The notes under the pieces are model-generated. The model searched no databases and had not been told where the DNA came from. It saw only the letters and a program-made list of their open reading frames with translations. Positions 34,481 to 44,114 of a stretch of 64,000 nucleotides of DNA are shown here, piece by piece. This stretch comes from Babesia bigemina (Eukaryota). The position numbers and the translations under genes are program-made. The first letter of the stretch is position 1, and each line of letters opens with the position of its first letter. The stretch spans positions 1,178,001-1,242,000 of the forward strand of contig NC_027218.1 of the NCBI RefSeq assembly GCF_000981445.1, read 5' to 3'.

Positions 34481-35359
34481 CTTCCCCTCCCAGTCCCCTC
34501 AACCTGCAAACATATCAATCACTCAAGCAGCACTCACCAACTGCAACGCGTGCCACTGCCGCTCCCAGTCCACTCAACCTGCAAGCATATCAATCACCTA
34601 GCAACGCACTCACCAACTACTCATGAACACGCACCTCAGTAAGCACTCACCAACTACAACATTAACACGCACCTCGGCAAGGACACTGACCGTATCCCAT
34701 CGGCGTCACGGTAGTAGCATGATGAACGCCATCCAAATCACAGCCGATTACATCACTACTATGCAGCTATCATAGCTGAATTAGCGCCCAGTCAAGGCAT
34801 GTGGATGATATCCCCGCCGTGGCATGCAAGTCAAACGGTGCCACTTGCCCAGTCAACTCCATCCATCGCAGGCCGTCCAACGTTGGCAGTGCCTATGGGT
34901 GCTGTTACATTTGTATTGTAATGAGTGCCTGAGTGAGCTACACTGCCTCATCAGCATCTCTCTCCTTCACGCTGTTACAATCAATATCACAACTACTCCG
35001 TCCACTGGCCATCACGTAGGACAGCGGCTGCTGCATTGATTTCGAAGCAGCTCACGCAATAGCCATCATGCCAAACAATCACATTTCATACGACTCGCCT
35101 TCACATATCACAGCACTCTTCAGCAACCTACATCAGTAGCCCATCACCCAACATCGCTGCCCACTATACCATGGGAGGACGTGGGCACGTTTCACCCGTA
35201 GCTGGCAACTCTACATCCCAAACCACAAACCTATGAATACATGAACTAACGTAACTGCCAAATTGCTGAGTAAGTATTAGGTAATATGCTTGGGTGAGTG
35301 TTATGTTAGGCGGTGGGTTGCTAGGTAGTGGGTTAGGTGAGTGGTGGTGAGGTGGTCTA
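34481..35359 (-). repeat. Conserved spacer between ves and the Cys-rich gene, copy 2, with a local ~75-bp tandem duplication
   Basis: Colinear with 30225-31034. The unit CTCCCAGTCC.CTCAACCTGCAA.CATATCAATCAC is repeated at about 34487 and 34562. Confidence 0.85.
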
Positions 35360-35467
35360 TCAAGGTTGCAGGTAGGTGATCTTGGCAAGTTTGTTGACAC
35401 GTGCCGCGGCGAGTAGTGATTGAGCAGCGATGCGATGTGATGAGGGTGAACGCAAGTGCGATTTGAT
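35305..35467 (-). repeat. 163-bp perfect inverted repeat arm (partner 30117-30279)
   Basis: Direct sequence comparison. Confidence 0.9.
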
Positions 35468-38400
35468 GTGGAGGAGGTCGAGGCGGATGACCATGATGTG
35501 GATGAGGTACAACAGAGAGAGGAGCCAGAGGGTGAGGGTGGTCCAAAAGAAGGGAGAGCGGATGGTGAATAAATATTGCGGAATTGTGATATTGACTAAT
35601 TTGGCCAGCACGGAATTTCCGTCGCATACATTTCGCAGCTGTTGGATAAACTCTTTACATGTCCTTTTCATTGTGTCTCCTTTACTGCCGCTTGCCAAAG
35701 TCGCACTTCCGAAATAAAACCCATATTTGCACAGGGTTGGAAGCGTTGAGGTACAATCTACCATGGATTTGCACAGTGGATCGTGTGCTGAAGATGATGG
35801 ATCTCGAGATATCGGACAACTCCTAACACAGCTTTTGTCATAGCATTTGGAGCCTTTTGAACCGCATGATTTGTTGCAGTCTTCGTACAATTTCTTGAGC
35901 AGGTCATAAAACGTCTCTGTAAGGTAAACGACCCATGAAAGGTAATATCCGCTATACTCTTTTGAATACAAGTCGCGACTGAAGAGGCATAGTGGCCGCA
36001 TATATGGACCACAAGGACGGGCAGGAATGTATGTATTACTACAACTAATGAGAGAGTAAAGGTCACCTTTGAGGTGGTTGTCTGCATGATCAGTGTTCTT
36101 GAACATTGAACTAATATCAAATCTTGTACTGGAATGTCCAAAATTGGCTTTGATAACTGCGTTGTTAAAGCCATCCTTCCGATGCGCGCCACTGTCATTC
36201 CAATCATGTAGGAAACTATAGTAGAATGCAAACATCTCGCCTAATGTTCTGGGAGGAGTCCGCAATAGACACATCAGATAACTACAAAGTTGGTTAAGTG
36301 GAGAATTTTCGTTGCCGCAGAAACTTCTTAGGACATCCTTAATACGCTCCCCAGTCTGTCTGTGAGATGCTACGGTACCAATGTCGGAGAAACCCATGGG
36401 TGTGATACATGGGATGCCGTTGTGGTTGGAGACACTGCATTCCAATTTGCATCCAAGTTTGGTGAAAGTATGCGGCAGGAAGCCTTTCAGGCCGTCTTCA
36501 AGAAATGATTGTAATGGCGATTTAAGGCCACAGATGGGGTGATTCCTGCACTTGTCGGCACCGGTACACTCGGTGCATTTCAGATCATTGCACTGCCAAT
36601 TGGATCCGCCGATCCCTTTGCCATACCAGCAATCGCTCCACCCAGAAACCTTAGTCGTGTGACAACACTGCTCATATAGAAAGGAAAGTTGATGATTTAG
36701 CCTGAGCAATATCTCGACGAGCAGATCGAAGCACGCGCCAGAGTCACCGGGATAGGATAGATTACCTGGGTTACTATTGAAATCGCAGGCATAAATGCCA
36801 CTAGCGTGGCCGTGGCCTAGTAAGGTGGTGAGGATGTCGTGTGATTGTACCGTCACAAGGCGGAGTGCTGATACCGTGTCTCTAGCCGAAAATGGCGATG
36901 TGGCTTCTACTTTTAGGTCAACGAATGGTATCCTCGAGTATTCCGTATCTTTGTGTTTCTCTGCTTTTTTGAAGAAAGTTTTCATATATTCTTTAAGTGG
37001 GTGGTAAGTAGGATTATACTGCAAACCACTTAGCCAACAGAGCATCTGAAATGCATTGTGAGGTGACGTAGCGTTCTTTATACTTCTAAGGTGGCACACT
37101 CTATTGTAGTCTAATAAGTTATTATATAATTGCTCGAGCGGGCCATCGTACAAAGCATTGTCGTCACCTGAGTGTAGTGATGCAAAAATATTGTAATTCT
37201 CGTAGAGTAAATCTTTAATTTGCTCGCCCTTTATATTAGTCTCGTTCCGTAATTCGGCATCTTGTGTGGATGCGCCGCTTGGCACTTTATAACCTCGTTG
37301 ATTAAAGAAGTCGCCTAGTGGATTTACTACTTTTCTGCCACTATCCAAAGTTATCTGTAAATTGATCTGCTTCGCATTGGAGCCGCCTTCGCATATTGTT
37401 TTTAGTTTGGTCAAGTCACGATGCAGAATTTCAAAAATGGTTGAACATACCTTGGCGCACTTCTCTGAATTCCCGAAAATGTCCCAATTGAAAGTGTCTG
37501 TAGCTCCAGAATACTTAGATACATAGACATTTTTGAGCTCCTTCGCAAATCCATCGAATCCGGATTTGAGGATGTCTAGAAGGGGATTGGACGGCATGGA
37601 GAAGAATTTAGAAGGTACGAATTTAGGTATGGCCAGATACGCTTCGTGGATTTTATCACGTATAGCGTGATTGAAGCTATTTGAGATAGCAAGTGATTGC
37701 ATGACATCGTTAACAATTTTGTATATGGTGTATATATCAGAAACGTTTGGATCATTTAGTGGAGACTTTGACCGAGCCGAATGCTCGGAAGAACCAACGC
37801 GCCCGGATGTGGGATTGAGATTAAGCTGTTCGATGACGTAATAGAAAATCTGTTCCAAGTATGCCTTCAATTTGACGGATAAGTCTTTAACATTATTCAT
37901 ATCTTTAAGCTCAGCAATCTTATTACCAGTGCCTGAAATAGTTTGACTATTTGCCGCAACTCCACTCACCGTCTTAAGAAAGCCCTTTAAACCAGTTTTC
38001 AAATCGTTTTCCATAATTGTAGTGATTTTGAGTTTCTGCGCTGCAACACACCTTTTCAAAGCTTCGTATTGCGCATTGTTGGAAGATGCATATTGCGATT
38101 GCACGTGCTGCGTAATCTCTTTAAATGCATGGGTGACGGCAGCTATACATTGCCTGCCGAGCTGACGTATATAACCCGCCGCAGATCTATGCGCCGAGTC
38201 GAGAACATTTTTTGTATCATTGATACAATGTTCTTTTTTTTCGTTACCCAGCTTATTCGCAGCAATTTTAATTTCCATAACCTCTTTCGTGAACGTGGCG
38301 ACCAGCGCATTGGTACCCGTTCTTTCTGCGTTTTTTATTTTGTCCGGAAGGCTTTCAAGCGCTTCGAGTTGTAATTTAGCCTCAGTTAACACAGTATTAA

Positions 38401-40996
38401 GTTGGTATTTAACTTCATCAAATTGTCTTCCCGATACATTTACGGCCTCTCTCAGAGCACTAAATTTCTTGTACAACCCGTTTTTGTAATCTTCTTGCAG
38501 TTCCTTATGGAGTCTCTTGGCCTCTTCGACGATCTTCTCAAGATGGGTATTGTTGTTGTCCAGTTTCGAAATGACTTCCTCAACGCTCGTGGTAAGTTGT
38601 TTCATCTGAGCTGGAAGGGTATCTACGAGTTCTTTGAGTACTCCGTCTGCCTTTGTTGTACCACTATACGCCTCTCCAAGCGACATTACACTCTCACTGA
38701 CGGCAGATATGACGCCATGAATCGTAGTTGTACTCTTTTGGCCTCTACGTCCTACATGATTTTTATACTGCACCATAGTAGTAGAAAATTGACCTTTTAC
38801 TGGCACAGCATCCGCATTATTTAATGCTAGTGCGATCTGGGCAACTTTATCCTTAAGATCGTAGGTTATGGCGTCGAAGAAGGTTTTAGTACTGTAATCT
38901 TTGAAATCTCCAAGCGCCTCTAGTACCCCTCGCAATTTTGTAAAATCCCTGTCTATCCCGTGTAATTGTTCTAAAGCCGACCTTAGCTGACCACCGCTTT
39001 CTGCTGCTTTAGTCCACGCCACCAAAGATTTCGCATCACTGCGTTCATCCCTCATACCAATCCGAAAATCTTGAATAAAATGAGCGGAACTAGAACCGCT
39101 GTCGCTATCCGCAAGCGCCTTCACTCCCTTTTGAAAATCAACAATTACTGCCTTCATTGCAGCATAAACCCTCGTTTTTAACCCATTCAGATCGCCGGCA
39201 ACTTTATCATCCAAGGCGTTAACCTGCGCAGTTATGTTGCTTATCAATCCTTCAAGCGTTTGGTTGTCTGAATTTCCTTCAACGAATTTTTTAATGCCGT
39301 CAAGTTTTTCATGGATGGTGTTGTACTCACTTTTAAAACTCTCAATTTTTTCGTTGACGCCTTTAGAAAGAGCACTTAGGCCGTCCGGATTCCCATCAGC
39401 ATCGTTGTTTTTCGTCAACCAACCATTTAACGACCTTTTAATATTTGTAAGTTGATCATTAACCTGATGAGCCTGAATAACAAAATTCTGCAATTGCTCT
39501 TTAATAGTCTCTTCGGTACTCTGAAGGAGACCTTTGGGGATTTTACCCCCATCATCCTTAGTGAGCTTCTTTAACTGCTCCTCAACAACGCTGAAAGATT
39601 TTTTAAATTCCGACACATTTGTGGACAGATTTGAAACATCAATTTTATTCACTCGATCCTTTATTTCCTTGTGCAAAGCCTTTATCGCCTTCTCAAATTC
39701 ACTTTGTAAATTTTCGATAGACGTGACGCCCTTCGTCTTTGTGGCTTCCAATGCAGCATCAACTCTACTGATCCATCCATTTAACCGTTTTTCAAAATCA
39801 TGCACGATTCCAGTTTTGAGGTGCTCAATGTACTTTTCATGATCTTTTATGAATTGTGCAACAGCTTGTTCAATCTTTGAATTAACTTCGCTTGGTAAGG
39901 ATTTCAGTTTCTCATCAACGTCCTTGCACTGCTTTGCAAGATCAATATTTCCGGCCGCCTGTTTAAAATTTTCGACTGACTGTTTCATAATTTGAATCGG
40001 CATTTCTAGCTTCTTTTTATGTTCCTCATCGATATTACTCAAGGCTTCTTCAGCATCAGTGGCCAAGCTGTTGTAGGAGCTGGCACTCCCGTTTAACTGC
40101 TCAAGTTGTTCAGCCAGCGTCAACGTCTTAGTATAATCACTCATATCTAATTTTTCATCGATTTCACCTATTAAGTCTGTGATAGGATTCATCACCAAGG
40201 CATCATGTTCCTTAACCTTGTCAAAATATTTTCCAACGCCCTCAATGACCTTTTGGACAGCACTATCAAAACCATCTTTTCCATTCCATCTAGCGCTATA
40301 TAAACTCTGAATTACGGGGTTTAGAATGAAAATGTATGCATCGACGTTTTTTATATTTGGATTATTTCTCGCACATTCCAAAACTCCATGCAAGAACATT
40401 AAAATAGCGTCCCTGAAGCGATCAGAATCGCCGTATACGATGCCATGACCATTATAATTTTTAGAATTGTAACCTAAAAAATGCTCTAAACCATCACAAA
40501 TCGTATTAAGGATATTATCATCTGTGCCTTTATATTCATCAAGACGATCAGAAAATTTCTTAAGTTTTGCAACTACCTGTTCAGCATTATTAATTTCCTT
40601 TTGAATCTCGTCTTTCCGACGATCATAGATGTCATGGGAATTTATGCAATCTTTTTTGTTGGATTCATGATGCTTAATTTTGGATTCTAAGGCATTTTTA
40701 TCAGACACAGAATTTTTACCAGACACAAATTCTTTTAATTTCTCCTTAGCCTTAGCACACATTTCATCAAGTTCAGTACAATAAGGGCGCTCATAATAAT
40801 CATTAGCGCACTCAAGCTTTCTTCTCTTATGCTTCATAGTCTCTTTAGCCTTCTCAACAGCCTCATCAATCAACTGTTTCAAAGCTCCGGACAACCTCTC
40901 CAACCCTCTACCATCACCTCCATGCCTAACCTGTATCAGCCAATCGATGGCCTCCCGGAGGTTCTCCGGACAGTCCGTAAGCTTCTTCGGTGCCAT
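35360..40996 (-). CDS. ves1: VESA1/ves1-like variant surface antigen (1878 aa, single exon)
   Basis: Same architecture and an identical C-terminal tail to 25077-30224. Close paralog of 1-4287. Confidence 0.92.
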   Translation of the reverse strand: MAPKKLTDCPENLREAIDWLIQVRHGGDGRGLERLSGALKQLIDEAVEKAKETMKHKRRKLECANDYYERPYCTELDEMCAKAKEKLKEFVSGKNSVSDKNALESKIKHHESNKKDCINSHDIYDRRKDEIQKEINNAEQVVAKLKKFSDRLDEYKGTDDNILNTICDGLEHFLGYNSKNYNGHGIVYGDSDRFRDAILMFLHGVLECARNNPNIKNVDAYIFILNPVIQSLYSARWNGKDGFDSAVQKVIEGVGKYFDKVKEHDALVMNPITDLIGEIDEKLDMSDYTKTLTLAEQLEQLNGSASSYNSLATDAEEALSNIDEEHKKKLEMPIQIMKQSVENFKQAAGNIDLAKQCKDVDEKLKSLPSEVNSKIEQAVAQFIKDHEKYIEHLKTGIVHDFEKRLNGWISRVDAALEATKTKGVTSIENLQSEFEKAIKALHKEIKDRVNKIDVSNLSTNVSEFKKSFSVVEEQLKKLTKDDGGKIPKGLLQSTEETIKEQLQNFVIQAHQVNDQLTNIKRSLNGWLTKNNDADGNPDGLSALSKGVNEKIESFKSEYNTIHEKLDGIKKFVEGNSDNQTLEGLISNITAQVNALDDKVAGDLNGLKTRVYAAMKAVIVDFQKGVKALADSDSGSSSAHFIQDFRIGMRDERSDAKSLVAWTKAAESGGQLRSALEQLHGIDRDFTKLRGVLEALGDFKDYSTKTFFDAITYDLKDKVAQIALALNNADAVPVKGQFSTTMVQYKNHVGRRGQKSTTTIHGVISAVSESVMSLGEAYSGTTKADGVLKELVDTLPAQMKQLTTSVEEVISKLDNNNTHLEKIVEEAKRLHKELQEDYKNGLYKKFSALREAVNVSGRQFDEVKYQLNTVLTEAKLQLEALESLPDKIKNAERTGTNALVATFTKEVMEIKIAANKLGNEKKEHCINDTKNVLDSAHRSAAGYIRQLGRQCIAAVTHAFKEITQHVQSQYASSNNAQYEALKRCVAAQKLKITTIMENDLKTGLKGFLKTVSGVAANSQTISGTGNKIAELKDMNNVKDLSVKLKAYLEQIFYYVIEQLNLNPTSGRVGSSEHSARSKSPLNDPNVSDIYTIYKIVNDVMQSLAISNSFNHAIRDKIHEAYLAIPKFVPSKFFSMPSNPLLDILKSGFDGFAKELKNVYVSKYSGATDTFNWDIFGNSEKCAKVCSTIFEILHRDLTKLKTICEGGSNAKQINLQITLDSGRKVVNPLGDFFNQRGYKVPSGASTQDAELRNETNIKGEQIKDLLYENYNIFASLHSGDDNALYDGPLEQLYNNLLDYNRVCHLRSIKNATSPHNAFQMLCWLSGLQYNPTYHPLKEYMKTFFKKAEKHKDTEYSRIPFVDLKVEATSPFSARDTVSALRLVTVQSHDILTTLLGHGHASGIYACDFNSNPGNLSYPGDSGACFDLLVEILLRLNHQLSFLYEQCCHTTKVSGWSDCWYGKGIGGSNWQCNDLKCTECTGADKCRNHPICGLKSPLQSFLEDGLKGFLPHTFTKLGCKLECSVSNHNGIPCITPMGFSDIGTVASHRQTGERIKDVLRSFCGNENSPLNQLCSYLMCLLRTPPRTLGEMFAFYYSFLHDWNDSGAHRKDGFNNAVIKANFGHSSTRFDISSMFKNTDHADNHLKGDLYSLISCSNTYIPARPCGPYMRPLCLFSRDLYSKEYSGYYLSWVVYLTETFYDLLKKLYEDCNKSCGSKGSKCYDKSCVRSCPISRDPSSSAHDPLCKSMVDCTSTLPTLCKYGFYFGSATLASGSKGDTMKRTCKEFIQQLRNVCDGNSVLAKLVNITIPQYLFTIRSPFFWTTLTLWLLSLLYLIHIMVIRLDLLHIKSHLRSPSSHRIAAQSLLAAARVNKLAKITYLQP

Positions 40997-42131
40997 CTGT
41001 CTGATTAGAGAAAGTACTTAATTTGCAACCTAAAGCAACCCACCAACAATTTGAGATTAGACCCCTGACTCATGCGAAACTGCGATAGGCACTGATCAGC
41101 TAGCAAACTCCTCTCTCAGTGCTCCAAACTACAATACATAAGAAGCTACCCGACTTAGGGGTTACTTGAAATCCACGATAAAACTAGCATCCGCCTCTCT
41201 CACCTAATCCCAACCTGCAGTTCCCAGACAGCTCAAAATTATAATCCACTGCGGAGGTGGAGTGAGATCTTCCAAACACAGTCCAACATTCAACTTCTGT
41301 AAGAAACGCCCAGAGATGATGCAAGCTGCGTGTTAATATTCGTATCGGTTTCTCTCCCACTCCTTTGCAATTAGTGGTCTGCCCCATTACCTCCATCGAC
41401 CAGTAATACAAGAGGGGCATATACTCACGAAAACTTATATGGAATAATGTAGTGTAATCATCTGAATGACTATATGTTGAAAACACGAGGCGAAAGAGCT
41501 CCTGGTTAATTGACTCTTTGCTGCCGTCAAAAGGAACGGAGTCTTCGGTGCGAGATGTTTGTGAATGTGACGTTAATACAGAGCATTCGAAGCTAAACAT
41601 TGAAGAACAGTGAAGATCAAAGGAACTGGAAAAGACTATACTGGCAGAACGGCAGTGAGGAGTAGGTGAATGACCACTGTAACCATGGATATCCTAGGAC
41701 AGGAGGCTCAACACGGAGAAGGCCAAGTAGAAGTACCAATCTGACCTCCGTCCGAATAGGAAGCAGAATGCGACGACCATCGTGGAATCCGGGGTGACGA
41801 ACCAATATAACCGAGTCTAGGTTGAGATAACAGGTGTGAAGACGTAGTAAAGGAGCCCAAAGGGGGATAGATACGCCAGATGATATTTTGAAGGTGTTAG
41901 CCCATCTGATGGGCGAAATGGTGGCTCAACATGATCACGACTTTGTGAATGACCCTGGCGCCCAGACAGGATGGATGCCTCATGTATGGCACCAGTTACG
42001 ATCGGAAGCAGCACGACTTGGAGCCCGCAGTCAACACTAACGGGATTAGGCACTAACAACGTGAAACCGTAAAACGGCCCTCGGCACCTAGCCAGATAGC
42101 ACCTATAAAATGAGAGAACACAATAATAATA
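40997..42131 (-). repeat. Conserved ves upstream element, copy 3
   Basis: Direct repeat of 4288-5434. The distal ~290 bp is nearly identical to copy 2. Confidence 0.9.
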
Positions 42132-42536
42132 AGCGCAGTCTGCAAATGGCGTCCCTAATGCCATATAACATTTCACCAGCAGCTAAACGAATATATTATA
42201 GCCACGCATGGCCCACGTAATGTACGGTAACAATGGGAATATCTAACCTCAATATACTACCTCCGGACAACTAAAAGCAGCCAGGTCAATTAACATCCTC
42301 TTGTCACAGAGCAAACGCATATTATCGCCTATGCCTCTCTCATCAATGATGAGAGTGACTAAATTCCTTAATTCGCAGCCTACTTGCCGGAAGCCACCCA
42401 TTCGCCTGTTATTGAGACATAGGTATGGCCATTACACACAATACCGCAACAATACGACTAAAGACGTGCATACAATCTACAATTACTGCATTATAGTTAC
42501 TGTATTGCCAAAAATGCCGAACAACTAACGGTGCGT

Positions 42537-44079
42537 CTATGCCCGGATAATCGCATCCGCCTGGTGGTATGTGGGGGCTGCATTTTGAGATAATTGCGTC
42601 ACTTTGGACGCGATTTTTGCCTTGCCAGCTTTCATGAACTCTTCATCATGAATCATTTCGAGCACACGGCTATCGCAGAGGATGGTTTCGCAGTCAGGTC
42701 GCCTGAAAGTGTCACGTTGTGTTAGTGCCAATATCAGCATCTGCAGCTCTGGGCATCTCTGCGGCATTTGGGGCAGTTTAATGTAATCATGTTGTAGTAT
42801 CATATCGCGGCACCTTTGTGGACATTCGTCGAAATAAGGCAGCTTACCGTAGCATAGGTAGTACAGGATGATGCCCAGACTCCACATGTCGCTCTTGGTG
42901 TCGTAGGATACGCTGTACTGACCAAATTGGTCCGTTTCCAAGAGCTCCGGAGCAGTGAACTCTACCGTTCCGGTAAATCCCTGGCGCAGAACATTGCGGT
43001 CACCAAGCTCCGCGAGTATCTCGCATGTGCCGAAGTCGGACAACATCGCCGATACCCCCTCCTTTTGGGTGTAGTTAAGGAGCACATTTGACGGCTTCAG
43101 ATCGCGGTATATAATACCGTGCCTGTGCAAGTGGCAAAGACCATTCACGATGTCAATCAGCAGTACGAATATTTCTTCGTCATCGAGCTCCTGCCCGAAC
43201 CTCTTCACAAAATTCTCGAGGTCACCTCCGTTGCAGTAGGCCATCAGCACAAACAACCACGGTACATACGGACAGAATTCGTTAAGCCTGTGCATCTCCA
43301 GCCATGAGTGATTGTAGTCGACTATGTTTCGGTGCCTCAGCCTCTCACGCACCTTGACCTCCCGAATCATTTTCCGGAGCCACTCGCGGTCGTCACCCAC
43401 AGGCAGCTTCTTAACTGCGTATTCTCCCTACACGACACTTCCAAACGAAGGTTGGGATATTGCACTCACCAGTGGAAGGCCATCTATTATGTGGACACAA
43501 CAGTACACGTGACCGAACGACCCTGATCCGAGCTTGCGCCGCTCCTCAAAAAATCGATTGTAGTATCCAGTGACAAGCAACTCCGGAGGTATGTGCTTTG
43601 GCACATCGAATTGACTCGCAGGAGCCGCCGATGTGACCCCAAAGGCGCCGTTGGTATTGCCTGAATCATCTGTAGATGGCGACTGTTGCAGTTGGCTGTC
43701 GTCGGCGCCTCGCAAAATAGTTTCGGCCCCCGGCAGCGTTCTCCTTAGCGCAGCAGCTCCACTAACGTTAGTTGACCACGTATCATACCTGTCTGGCTGC
43801 GGATCTTGCTCCTGCGACCACTTCTTGAAGTTACGCTGCAGGAAGTAGAAGTATGTCTGGGCGATGAATGTGTACTGCGAATCGTCCACTTCGCTTCCAC
43901 ACAACGGGCAGACGTTGACGAATCTGTCAAATTGCAATCGATTAGCATCAGTATACCAACTCTGCGGGAGGAATGCCGCCTTTAGGCGTCTGCGGAAGCG
44001 CTCTGATCCCACCTCCCTCGTCGTAGACAACAATCGCCTTGTCGTCCTGGTAGAGGACTATTTCCTCGCTCTTATGCAT
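42537..44079 (-). CDS. Ser/Thr kinase, IKS1-like, multi-exon
   Basis: N-term EIVLYQDDKAIVVYD and CPLCG, then LGSGSFG, PVGDDREWL, YNHSWLE, YRDLKPSN, SDFG and GTVEFTAPE. Confidence 0.8.
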
Positions 44080-44114
44080 ATTTAGGTGTTTTTAAAATTA
44101 CATTGTGTGTGCTC

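Noticed and set aside
33709..34680. CRISPR-like repeat-spacer array
   Set aside because: Eukaryotic context, degenerate contiguous repeats without unique spacers, and no cas genes.
4288..42131. Upstream elements as LTRs or TIRs of an autonomous transposon
   Set aside because: No RT, integrase or transposase ORF, and no target-site duplication or terminal TG..CA was recognised. The copies are tied to ves start codons.
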